Assembly (NCBI RefSeq): GCF_026210795.1
Contig: NC_089430.1
Coordinates: forward strand, 4,092,001-4,156,000
DNA: 64,000 bases
Source: Rhizophagus irregularis
Lineage: Eukaryota
Reading direction: 5' to 3'
The notes beneath the pieces are model-generated. The model saw nothing but the letters and a program-made list of their open reading frames with translations. It was not told the origin of the DNA and did not search any database. Both the position numbers and the translations under genes were made by a program. Of the stretch, positions 1 to 10,732 are shown in pieces; the first letter of the stretch is position 1; each line of letters starts with the position of its first letter.

Positions 1-556
1 AGCATTACAAACACGGTTGGATATCTGGCCTGTAAGTTGAGGAGGCACAAGAAGTGGATAAACTGATACAATTTCCTGTAACAATGCCGCCATAACACCT
101 ATGTTTATATATTAAATGATTTTAGATATAAGATAATTAATAATCCATATTTTGTATTTTGCAATAAATTCATCCATGACAAGATATAAAGAAAATCATA
201 CCAAAAGAATGCCATAATATCAACGCCAAATCATCATATTGTTCCCGCTTTTTACTCAACTCTACAAGAGCTTGTTCTCTGTTCGCAGGATTTGTTAGCT
301 CAGTAATTAAAGAATAAATCTTTTCTTCTTCAAAATGCGGCATTTTATGTTGGTGTTGCATCGGCAAAGACAACGGAGTTCCTGCTCCGGCTCCCCAAGG
401 ATCGTTACCCATATGTAAACCATGGAGATTTGATACGGAAACGTGTAATTGCGAAGCTAGGTTATTAGCCCCTCCAACATTCAATGGATTCGGAGTTGCT
501 AAAGCCGATGCTGAAGCAAAATAGGGATTAGTGTGATGTGGGGCGAGAGAATGCAT
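1..556 (-). CDS. CAF40: CCR4-NOT subunit Rcd1/Caf40 (CNOT9), 5' part; continues past window start
   Basis: Exon 556-202 (…[27 protein letters not shown]), GT-AG intron 201-99, exon 98-1 ([32 protein letters not shown]), matching the conserved Rcd1 N-terminus. Confidence 0.95.
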
Positions 557-2424
557 TTTTTGGTTAGAGTTTTCTTGTTAAATCTCTTTATAATAACGAA
601 GTGTATTTGAAGGTTTAGACTTTGACTTTTATAACAAATAGAAAAGAAAATTAGGCTGTTGATATTAATTTAGAGAGAGAGTTTTGGGATAATTTTTTTA
701 ATCACAAACAGGTTTTGGTCGAGAATTAAAATTATGTCACATGATCTTTGTATTTGTTTGTTACGTCATCATACCTGCACATGACTAAACAATTTATGAG
801 GACTCCGGAGTCCGGACTCCGGATAATTAATTAAAAATCTAAATCTAAGGAAATATACATAGTTTAGTTATTTATATATGCTTAATATATATTACAAATA
901 TCCTTTTTTTAGCAAATAGATCCAAAACTTTATTTCATATTAAGTATTTAAATTTATATAGCATTATAAATTGACTTTATAGCAAAAAAAATTATATATT
1001 GTAAATATTACAAATAAAGGATTTTTTAGCAGTATTGTTAATTGTTAATTTTAACTAATAGAGAAAAAGTCCTGAAAGGAAAATTAAAGTAATAGAAAAG
1101 ATACCAGATATTTAAAATATAATAAATATTAGGAAATGGAATTGTAAAAAGAATTCTATTTTTTTTTTATAATTGCAATGCATTTGAAAGTTTATTAAAA
1201 TTAAGTTCTAACCTAAATATATATAAGTAATAATGTAATAAACTAGATAATAAATTCTAATATTATTAACTACCAAACCATTCATTATACTTAAAGGCTA
1301 AAGGCATCTTACATGTGTATTGTATGTTAGGTAGATAAGTTTTACTCAAAAGTAGAATTTATGTAAAATAGCCTATTCTTAATATATAATACCCTTCTTT
1401 ACAAAGTATTTACAGAACCTACTACACCATAGCATTTTGTAATTATTTCTGTAAATCAAAAAGTTAAAAATCCATCTAGATCATCCTATCATTTTACTTG
1501 CTTTCCAATGCAATTAGTATTGTTCAAGCAAATACCTTAATCAGATAATAGGATTTAAGTTTAGCATATATAAAAAATAAGATCTAGACTGATTAGCTGC
1601 AAAAGTAGTTGCCTCTACTTTTTTCATTTCATAGATATATGAAAAAAAAGTGATTTTATTTATGATAAAGAAGTTGGATAGTACTAATAAATTCCATTTT
1701 ATCCATTATCAGATATCCTTCTATATGCATTATTTCTTTTATATATCATATTTTTCTTCAAATTATATATCAGCTAATTGGAAAAATTGGGCCTTAGTTG
1801 TTTTCCTAAACTATTAATATTATGTAATCTGATTCTCTAAAAACTCAAAAAAAAATTTTTTTATATGTTTAAGCCCTTTTTTATTTATGTAGAATCATGT
1901 CTAACCCTTTTTTTATTATATATATTATTATGTAAATCACATCTAACTCATTGTCCTTCTTTCTAACTTATTGTTCCAAATACTATAATCTGTCAAAATA
2001 TTTATTATTTATAACAGATGGAATACTTAACTATTGCTTTTTTGGTAAAAAGATAGTTGAAAGTAAAATAAGTTTTTAAAGTATTGATGCAAGTATATAT
2101 ATAATAAATGTAAAGTGATAAATATAAACACTGAAAGTATATTTAACTGGTATAGTTTAATTTATTGGCTGACAATTAATATGACAGTCCTTCTTACTGA
2201 TCGCAAAAATATTTCTCAAAATTTTAAGAACTTCCTCTATTGGCCAATATGACATATATATTTAACTATATAATAATTACTTTATATTTTATATTATTAT
2301 TTACTTATCAGAAAAAAAAACTATATATAAAAAATATCCAATTTTCCATAAAATTTTACTAATTCTGAAATTAAAAAAAATTGTTTATAAAAAATTTCAC
2401 AAGTTCTGAATGGATCAGGTTAAG

Positions 2425-3763
2425 AGGCCCCAGAAAATGATTATATATGTAAAGTACCAAGATGCTTAATCAACATAGAAAAATTTTATGATGTAAGAAT
2501 TTTATAATGCTTAATTTTGAGAAAATTTTATACTATATAAGATAATTAAATTGCATATTTTTGGTATTATTTTAAAATACTAAAAGTTTTTACTAATTGT
2601 TTATTTTTCATATTTATAGAACTTTTTAAAATATTATATATTGAATTTATAATTAATTTTTATTTTATTTTTACTAACAGTGAGTGTTAATTTTATACTA
2701 TATTTTACAATTTTATATAAATGTATAAACAAAAATTTTTTTATGAAATTTCAGTTTTTTTTTTCAATGTTTTATTAATTATCTTTCAATAGTATTTTTT
2801 TAATTTTTATTAAACTCAGTATATTATTTTTAATATAAAATTACTATATTATATATATTTATTTGTTAAATAAAATTACTGTAAATATATTTTACTTTAA
2901 AATATAATTTCACTATTCACCACTTTGGTTATATCAAATTATCTTTTATGTTTAAGTAAGGTTGTTCAGCAAGTTAAATTTACTTGTATTTTAATTTTCA
3001 TAAGGCTAAGTATAATATTTATATAGAAAAGCATATTTTTTATAACAGTAATAACTTTTAAATTTTTCACTTTTTTATTTACAACTTTAAAGTGTAATTA
3101 CATCACTTTGGTCAAATGAAATCGACTTTCTAAATTAATTAAAAGTTTTTCAGCAAGGTCGAAACTACTTATACATTAATTTTCATAAATGTGAGTATAA
3201 TACTTATGGAGAAAAGTGCATTTTTCATAATAGTACTAACTTCTGAATTTTTCATTTCTCTGTTTACAAATTCAGAGTGTAATTACATCCTTTTAGTCAA
3301 ATGAAATTGACTTTCTAAATTAATTGAAAATTGTTCAGCAAGGTCGAAACTACCTACATATTAATTTTTATAGATGTAAGTATAATACTTATGGAGAAAT
3401 TTACATTTATTGTAATAGTATTAATTAAAATTTTTTTTTTACTATTTATTAACTTTATTAATTGAATATTGTTAATCTACTTGTATATTATGTTTAGTTT
3501 AGCTTCACAATGTATTGATCATATTTAAAATTAGATTTAATAAAATATATTTAATTAATAAATATATTTTATAAATTATATGTGTTATAATAAAAATTTA
3601 ATTAGGTTAGAAGATTAATAATTTGCTTATTTTTATATAATTTTTAAGGTTAGATTACTTAGATATTAACAATGCTTAGCAATTATAGTAAAAACCTATG
3701 CTTATAGCTACTAATAAAAAATATTTTTAGGACCTTACCTATATAAGTATTTTCTGGAATCCT
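2425..3763. mobile_element. Non-autonomous TIR element (AGG-C/A-CCC family), ~1.3 kb, copy without nested insertions
   Basis: Degenerate TIRs AGGCCCCAGAAAATGATTATATATGTAAAGTACC / GGACCTTACCTATATAAGTATTTTCTGGAATCCT; colinear with copy at 15237-23588 after removing its insertions; no clear TSD. Confidence 0.85.
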
Positions 3764-4689
3764 AAAAAAGCGAAATAAAAAGATCTTTCTCTTAGTAGAC
3801 AATGTACAGTTCATACTATTAGTAATTGGAGTTATTGATAAATATTACAATCCATTATTTGCCTCCCAATATTACAGTGCATCTGCAACCTGCTAATGCT
3901 GACATTATTAATTCATTCAAAGTTTGTATATTATTTATTATAAATTAGATTATAAAATTAATAGCACATATTCTAATAATTTATTAATCTTAGGTATAAT
4001 ATCGTAAAAGACTTATAAAAGATAGAATTAAGGCTTATGATAATGAATGGAGTTAAATATACTAGTTCCTAAATTGAAGATAAGTGACTCTATTTTACTT
4101 TGTACAAAAGCTTGAAAAGCTGTAACAAGTGAAACTATTTATAATTATTTGTCCAAAACTGGAATTTTGCCAATTTCGCCTTCACCCTCACCTTTACCTT
4201 CACTTTTACCTTCATCTTCTGATGAAGAACAAAATGATGATGGCCTAAATGAAATAGAAGAGATCCAAATTGTATCAATATAGTAATTTTATTTCTGGTG
4301 GATTAATAAGTGCTAAGAAATTTATCTTAATTGATAATGATAATAATTATGGGGGAGAAGAAATTACAGATGAAGAAATTGTAAATACAGTCAAACTTTG
4401 ATATAGCGAACTCTTGATATAGTGAATTTTTCAGACAACTATAATAAATTTCCTCTTGCTATAACAAATTAACCAATCAAATCTCTTAAAATTTTCACTA
4501 TAGCACTATCACAGGTCGAACAGATGTCATTGTCGCAAAATTTGCCTGGAATTTTTCTGGCAAATTGAGAATTATCCCGGTAAATTGAGGTAAATTGTGT
4601 TACAATTTTGGGATAATGGAGGTCTTACAATTTGGCAAATTTTGTCAAAATGGCGACAATCCTACACAATTCCTAATTCAAATGTTGAG

Positions 4690-5270
4690 AAATTTTTCAG
4701 AAATTTTAGTCAAATTTTTAGTAATTTTATGCAAACGTAATGAAAATTGTGGTGAATTTAGTTAAATTTTTAGTAATGTTATGTAAACGAAGTGCAAATT
4801 GTGGTGAATTTAATCAAATTTTTAGTAATGTTATGTAAATGAAGTGCAAATTGTGGTGAATTTAGTTAAATTTTTAGTAATGTTATGCAAACGTAATGCA
4901 AATTGTGGTAAATTATAGTGAATTTTTAGTAATTTTATGCAAAAGTAATGCAAATTGTGGTAAATTGTAGTGTATTTTTAGTAATGTTATATAAATTGTT
5001 GAAAATTTAGGTGAATTTTTCAGCAATGTTGTGCAAATGTAATACAAATTGTGGTAAATTTTGCATTTTTTCGGTAAATGTTAGCTAAACTTTTGATAAT
5101 TTAGTGAAATTTAGGATAATTTCGGACAATTGAGTGAAAATGTTTTACTGATTTTGGACAATTGAGTGTAAACGGTATAAATGCAACATTTTCAGAGACA
5201 ATTTAGTGAAATTTTGGACAATTGAGTGAAATTTAGTAATAATTTTAAACAATTTAGTGTAAACTCCACG
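4690..5270. repeat. Left subterminal tandem repeat (~53 bp unit)
   Basis: Recurring AAATTTTTAGTAATGTTATG…AAATTGTGGTGAATTT. Confidence 0.85.
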
Positions 5271-5434
5271 ACAATTTAAAACACTGTTTTAATAATTTCA
5301 CATAATTTATTATAATTTTATTTATTAATAAATGTACAATTATTATTATTTAACGATAATCTATGGATAATCTGCACCTCTAATTCATTCATGTATCAAA
5401 TGTTCAGTGCCAAAGTAGAAGCCGGTAAGTAAAC

Positions 5435-7420
5435 CAAAAAAAAGAAAAAAATGAAGCGTTAATAAACGTTTCGTTGAAAAAAAATCAAAATAAAGAAACA
5501 TTTCGAAGTATATACCTTCGAAATGTTAAATTCCATACGTCCAAGGACCGTTGAACCTAAAAAATAAAAAAAATGAAACGTTAATATACGTTTCGTTAAA
5601 AAAAATCAAATAAAAAAAATATTTCAAAGTATACCTTCGAAATATTGAATTCGGTTTGTCCAATGAGCCGCCAAACCTAAAAAATATAAAAAAAACGAAA
5701 CATTAATATACGTTTCGTTGAAAAAAATCAAAATAAAAAACAAACATTTCGAAGTATACCTTCGAAATATTCCTTTCGTTTTCACTGTTCCCTTTCGTTT
5801 CCCCCATTCGTTTTCACCTTTCCCGTTCATTTTCACCTTCCCCTTTCGTTTTTCCTTTTCCCTTTTCGTTTTTTCCTTTTATTTTCGTTTCCTCTTCCCC
5901 TTGTGTTTACTCTTTCCTTTTCGTTTTACCCTTTTCCCCTTTCGTTTCATCCATTCCTTTACGTTTTACCCTTTCCTTTTCATTTTATCCTTTCCCTTAA
6001 AGTAAAATAGAAAAAGAAACAAAAATTTAATAAATTAGATAAACAAAAAAAACGAAAAATTCCCCTAATTCCCTTTCCTTATTACCTTTCACCAAAGTCC
6101 GGGTCGTAATTTCATCCGGCATTCCTACAAGAAGGAAGAAAAGAAACGTCAGTTAACGTTTCTTAAAAAAAATAATTAATTATTAAGTTTCGCAACACAA
6201 TATTGCGAAACTCACCGGTTCGTTTCGAACTCCATCATCAAACGTCCGGCGTTCCTACAAAAAGTAAAAGAAACGTATGTTAGTATCGTTTCTTTAAAAA
6301 AAAAAATAATAATTAAAAAAATAAGATTCGCAATATTGCGAAACTCACCGGTTCGTTTCGATTTCCATTATCCAAACGTCCGGAACCTACAAAAAGAAAA
6401 AAAGAAACGTTAGTTAACATTTCTTACAATAAAAAAATAAAAAATTAAGTTTCGCAATGTAACATTACGCAAACTTACCGGTCGTTTCCATCATCCTAAC
6501 GTCCGGAACCTACAAAAAGTAAAATAAAGAAACGTTAGTTAACGTTTCTTATAATAAAAAAATAAAAAAAAAATTAAGTTTCGCAATGTAACATTGCGAA
6601 ACTTACCGGTCGTTTCCATCATCCTAACGTCTGGAACCTACAAAAAGTAAAATAAAGAAACGTTAGTTAACGTTTCATTTAATAAAAAAAAATAAAAATA
6701 AAGTTTCGCAACACAATGTTGCGAAACTCACCGGTTCGTTTCGAACTCATTATCCAAACGTCCGGCGTTCCTACAAAAGAAAAAAAGAAACGTTAGAAAC
6801 GTTTCCTAAAAAAAAATAAAAAAAAATTTAATTTTTTAAAAAAAGGGTTCGAAGAATTTCGCAACTTACCCTTTAGTTTCCTCATTTCCCAAACTCAAAC
6901 ACCGCAAATCCTACAAAAAAAAGGAAACATCAGTAATGTTTCCTAAAAAAAAAGAATTTAGAAAAAGTTTTGAGGCGAACGCCTCGAAACTTACCATTTC
7001 GTTTTTCCAAGTTGAATACGCCGGAAAGACCTATAAAAAAAAATAAAGGATTGTTAAAAATGTTCCTTATAAAAAAAAAAAAATTTTTTTTAGTTTTTTT
7101 TTTTAGTTTTCGAAACGAAAAGCTACCTTTCAGTTCTTCGTTTCCCGAAATCAAACACCGGAAGCCTACACAAAAAAAACAAAAAAAGGAAGCGTTGAGA
7201 AACGTTTCCTAAAAGGAATTAAAAAAATTAAAAAAAGTTTCGAAGCGAAACGCTTTGAAACTTACCCATTTCCTGGCTTTCTAAAGACGAATACCGAAAG
7301 ACCTAAAAAAAGAAAGTGTAGAAAGCGTTAGAAACGCTTCTAAAAAAAAAAAAAATTATTAAAAGTTTCGAAGCGAAACGCTTGAAACTTACTATTTCAT
7401 TGGAAGATTCTGACGCTGAT
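5435..7420 (-). ncRNA. Putative multi-exon non-coding transcript: 13-14 introns of 78-100 nt with micro-exons
   Basis: Introns at 7392-7303, 7265-7166, 7126-7031, 6994-6911, 6869-6771, 6731-6638, 6606-6510, 6478-6387, 6348-6255, 6215-6125, 6085-5996, 5759-5677, 5634-5557 (plus 5515-~5435 with mutated AG); GT donors (mostly GTRAGT or GTATAC), CTRAY-like branch sites, polypyrimidine tract and TAG (one AAG); no continuous spliced ORF found; expression not shown. Confidence 0.65.
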
Positions 7421-8099
7421 TACATAATTAATATGGTTATTGTTAATAATAGTAGGAAGGGAAAGGGGAAGGGGAGAGAAAGAGAGAAGGGGAAAGGGCG
7501 AAGGAGAATGGGAGGGAAGGTGAAGGTGAAGGTGAAAGAAAGAGGGAAGGGGAAGGTGAGAGAGAAAGGAAGGTAAAGGGCGAAAGAAAGGAGAAATAAA
7601 GGCATGAGAAAAAAAAATTAAGCTTTTTGCTAAAAAAAGCTTAATTTTTTTTCGTTATACCGCAGTTGAAGCTGCGGTAATTATTAAGTAATATCGCGTG
7701 ACGCACGTGATATATAATTTTATATAAATAGGGGCATTTTCCCCGAAAAATTTTTTTTTTATTATAATTTTTTTGATAGATGTATATATATACTTATATA
7801 TATACATATATATATATCTATCTAATAACTTTACGAAAAGCCCCTCCTCTGTAAACAGGTAGAGGCCATAAAGTACCTATAGGGGGAGAGCCGTTGCTGC
7901 TCCCTCCGCCTGTTTATAGTGACAAAAGAGGGAGTCTTCAGTAGTAAGGTTTCGTATAAATTAAACAACACATCGTGTTGATACATTGTTAAAATTAACA
8001 ATGTGAATTTAATGTTAAATAATGCGTTAGAATATAAATATTATAAATTTAATAATGTCCGTAATTTTACAAATAAATAAAAATTATCCTAACAATTTT

Positions 8100-9110
8100 A
8101 ATGTAATTAAGTGTAATGCTACATTATCCTGTGTAATTGTAGTATTTTTTTTGTGTTTTTTAGTGCAATTCCGCGTTTTTAGTGCAATTCTGCGTTTTTA
8201 GTGCAATTCTGCGTTTTTTAGTGCAATTCCACATTTTTTAGTGCAATTCCGCATTTTTTAGTGCAATTCCGCGTTTTTTAATGCAATTCCGCATTTTCTA
8301 GCATAATGTTACATAACACGAAATTTTCTAAAAATATGATAATTGTGGTACTTTTTAGTGTAATGCTACATTGTCTAGTGTAATTGTGGTATTTTTTAGT
8401 GCAATGCTGCATAATTTAGTATAGTGCTACATTTTTTAGTATAATTTAATGTAATGTGGAATTTTCCAAAAAATGTGATAATTGTGATGCTTTTTAGTGT
8501 AATTTGGTGAAATGCTACATTTTCCAGTGTAATGCCATATTATTGAGCATTTTCAAAAAAAAAATGTAACATTTTAACATTCTGACGAAAGTGAAACATT
8601 TGACCAAAAAAACATAAAATTTGCTAAAAATATGCAACATTTGACAAAAAATATAGAATTTTCATAAAAAAATGCACCATTTGCTAGGAAATCGGAATAT
8701 TTGACAAAATTTGATTTTAATTGACAATGTTATAACAATTTTATGAAATGTTGTTACAATGATATCACATTGGAGATAAAATGTGGCATTTTCATAAAAA
8801 TGCACCATTTGCAAGAAAATTGGAACATTTGACAAAAAAAAAGCAAAATTTGATTTTAATTAACAATGTTATAACAATTTTATTAAATGTTATTACATTT
8901 GAGGTAAAATGTGAAATTTTCATAAAAATGCACCATTTGCAAGAAAATTGGAACATTTGGCAAAAAAAAAGCAAAATTTGATTTTAATGACAATGTTATA
9001 ACAATGTTACGAAATGTTACAAAAATGTTACATTTGAGATATAATGTAGCATTTTCCCAAAATTTCATAAGATTTGCTAAATCGGACAATGTTGTAACAA
9101 TGCTATTCCA
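8100..9110. repeat. Right subterminal tandem repeats
   Basis: ~20 bp units TTTTAGTGCAATTCCGCG (8155-8300) and ~130 bp units containing AAAATGCACCATTTGC. Confidence 0.8.
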
Positions 9111-9722
9111 AAAAATTGCTCAGCGTAATGCAGCATTTTCCACAATTTCCCACAATTTTCCAGGAAAATGGGGAATTTGCATTTTTTGAATTTTGGACAA
9201 TGGCGCCCCTTCGACCTGTGCTAGGGTTCGTTATAACAAGAATTGACTGTATAGTAAAACCAAATGAAACAGATCTTAAAGAAAAAGAATTAATTCTACA
9301 ACCCAAAATATCCACTTCAGAAACATTAACATCTATTATTAAACAAAATATTATCTTTTCTTGATAATCCATCTGATACTTTTTTTATGAAGTTCAATAA
9401 CAGAAATATATTATATAATAATCTTAAAAATAAATTATTTGTTTCAATAAAAATAGTAAAGTTCAATTGGTATTAAAAACATATGATGGATCGTATGTAA
9501 CTTAATATTATAATAATTGATAATATAATTTTTTTTTTTGAACATTTATTAGTAATATAATATAAACATTTATATTTTATTAGTAATATAATTTTTTGAA
9601 CATTTTTATATCAATGTATTTTTTTTTTATATAATAAAGTTCAAAAATCTTTATATCATAAATATTATATAAAAAATCATATGATTTTTGATATATTAAA
9701 CTTTTTATTGTTTACTTATAGA

Positions 9723-10224
9723 TAAAGCTTCTAATAGTTCAGGCTAAACTAAAGAACCAATCTGAAACTGGCTAAAAAAATCTTTCAGATCCAAAATTCA
9801 GTTCAGTTCGGTTCAGGTATTAGAACTGAAAAACTGGCAGTTTGATTCAGTTTAATCCCATTTTTTACAAAAATGTGAAAAATCAAATAGCTGTCTATCT
9901 AGTGATCATATAAAGTTGAACCATATATCATTGGATTCCTCTTAACGAGATGCGTCAAATGGTGGTAAGATCACATCTTTAGCATTGATAGATCACAAGT
10001 TAATCTATGCTAAATGATTTATAAATAATTGAAAATATCAAGCTATCTATTGGCGCTAGAGATAGGATCTTAGCACCATTTGATGCATCTCAGTGAGGCG
10101 AATCCAATGAATATTAATTCGTTCATATACGATTACTAGATGGCAAATAATATCAAGTTTCACATTTTTTTAAAATTTTTGAGCGTTGAAAATTAAAAAT
10201 TCTGATATATGAATTTATTTCATC
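9723..10224. mobile_element. Truncated copy (one arm) of hAT-type foldback element
   Basis: Starts TAAAGCTTCTAATAGTTCAGG, matching the TIR of 23973-25084; colinear with ~24030-24435. Confidence 0.75.
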
Positions 10225-10732
10225 AGGAAATTTTGGGGGTGTTATTTTACTAATAAATATGTCGGTTAACACTAAACAGTTGTTCAATATATTGTTCAAT
10301 GCTGTATACTGTAATGATCGACATAAAGTGTTGTTATATGCAATATAATTAATATAATTACACACATTTTTTATGTTATTTAATACGAGCGTAATTCAAT
10401 ATAATATATTGTGTAATTTAATGCTATCGTTCAATACAAACAACACTAAATGTTGTTTTACTAAAATTTAATATAAAAATACACTAGTTTTTATACCCAT
10501 TTTCTAACAGTTTACGCATTTTTCATTACAAATTTAGGTTTAATGCTATCATTTAACACAAACAATACCAAATGTTGTTTTACCAAAATTTAGTATAGAA
10601 ATACACTACCATTTTTTAACACTATTTATTATCACTAGATATAGTTTAATATATTACAGTATTGCTATACTAAATTAACATATATAAATACAGTATGTTA
10701 TTATATATACAGCTAGTATTTTATATAGATAC

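Larger units (their letters stand above)
4510..9220. mobile_element. Non-autonomous CAC-ended (CACTA/CMC-like) TIR element, 4.7 kb, with subterminal tandem repeats and internal micro-exon array
   Basis: ~33 bp imperfect TIRs CACAGGTCGAACAGATGTCATTGTCGCAAAATT vs rc CACAGGTCGAAGGGGCGCCATTGTCCAAAATT; tandem repeats at both ends; no transposase ORF; no clear TSD. Confidence 0.85.
4388..9249. mobile_element. Tigger-like MITE (CAGTCAA termini, TA TSD) interrupted by the 4510-9220 element
   Basis: TA|CAGTCAAACTTTGATATAGCGAAC … GGGTTCGTTATAACAAGAATTGACTG|TA; halves 4388-4509 and 9221-9249 match the reverse complement of the MITE at 13568-13739. Confidence 0.85.
3764..9420 (+). pseudogene. pogo/Tigger (DDE_1, CENP-B-like) transposase relic, split by the 4388-9249 insertion
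   Basis: KIFLLVDN…ITIHYLPPNITVHLQPANADIINSFK at ~3780-3920; EEITDEEIVN (to 4387) rejoins IVKPNETDLKEKELILQPKISTSE (from 9252) in frame; stops and frameshifts. Confidence 0.8.

Noticed and set aside
800..823. GGACTCCGGAGTCCGGACTCCGGA palindromic repeat upstream of CAF40
   Set aside because: Too short to assign; no partner found
850..2400. Possible decayed coding or TE sequence
   Set aside because: No recognisable motif or boundary
6120..6870. CRISPR-like look of palindromic repeats alternating with 31-41 nt spacers
   Set aside because: Repeats are 90-100 nt with splice signals, spacers are homologous to each other, no cas genes, eukaryotic context
7827..7951. tRNA, 5S or hammerhead identity for the GC-rich structure
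   Set aside because: No cloverleaf, internal promoter boxes or hammerhead core seen; kept as an unassigned finding
5624..9189. Short Phe/Lys-rich ORFs in the ORF track
   Set aside because: By-products of low-complexity tracts and tandem repeats
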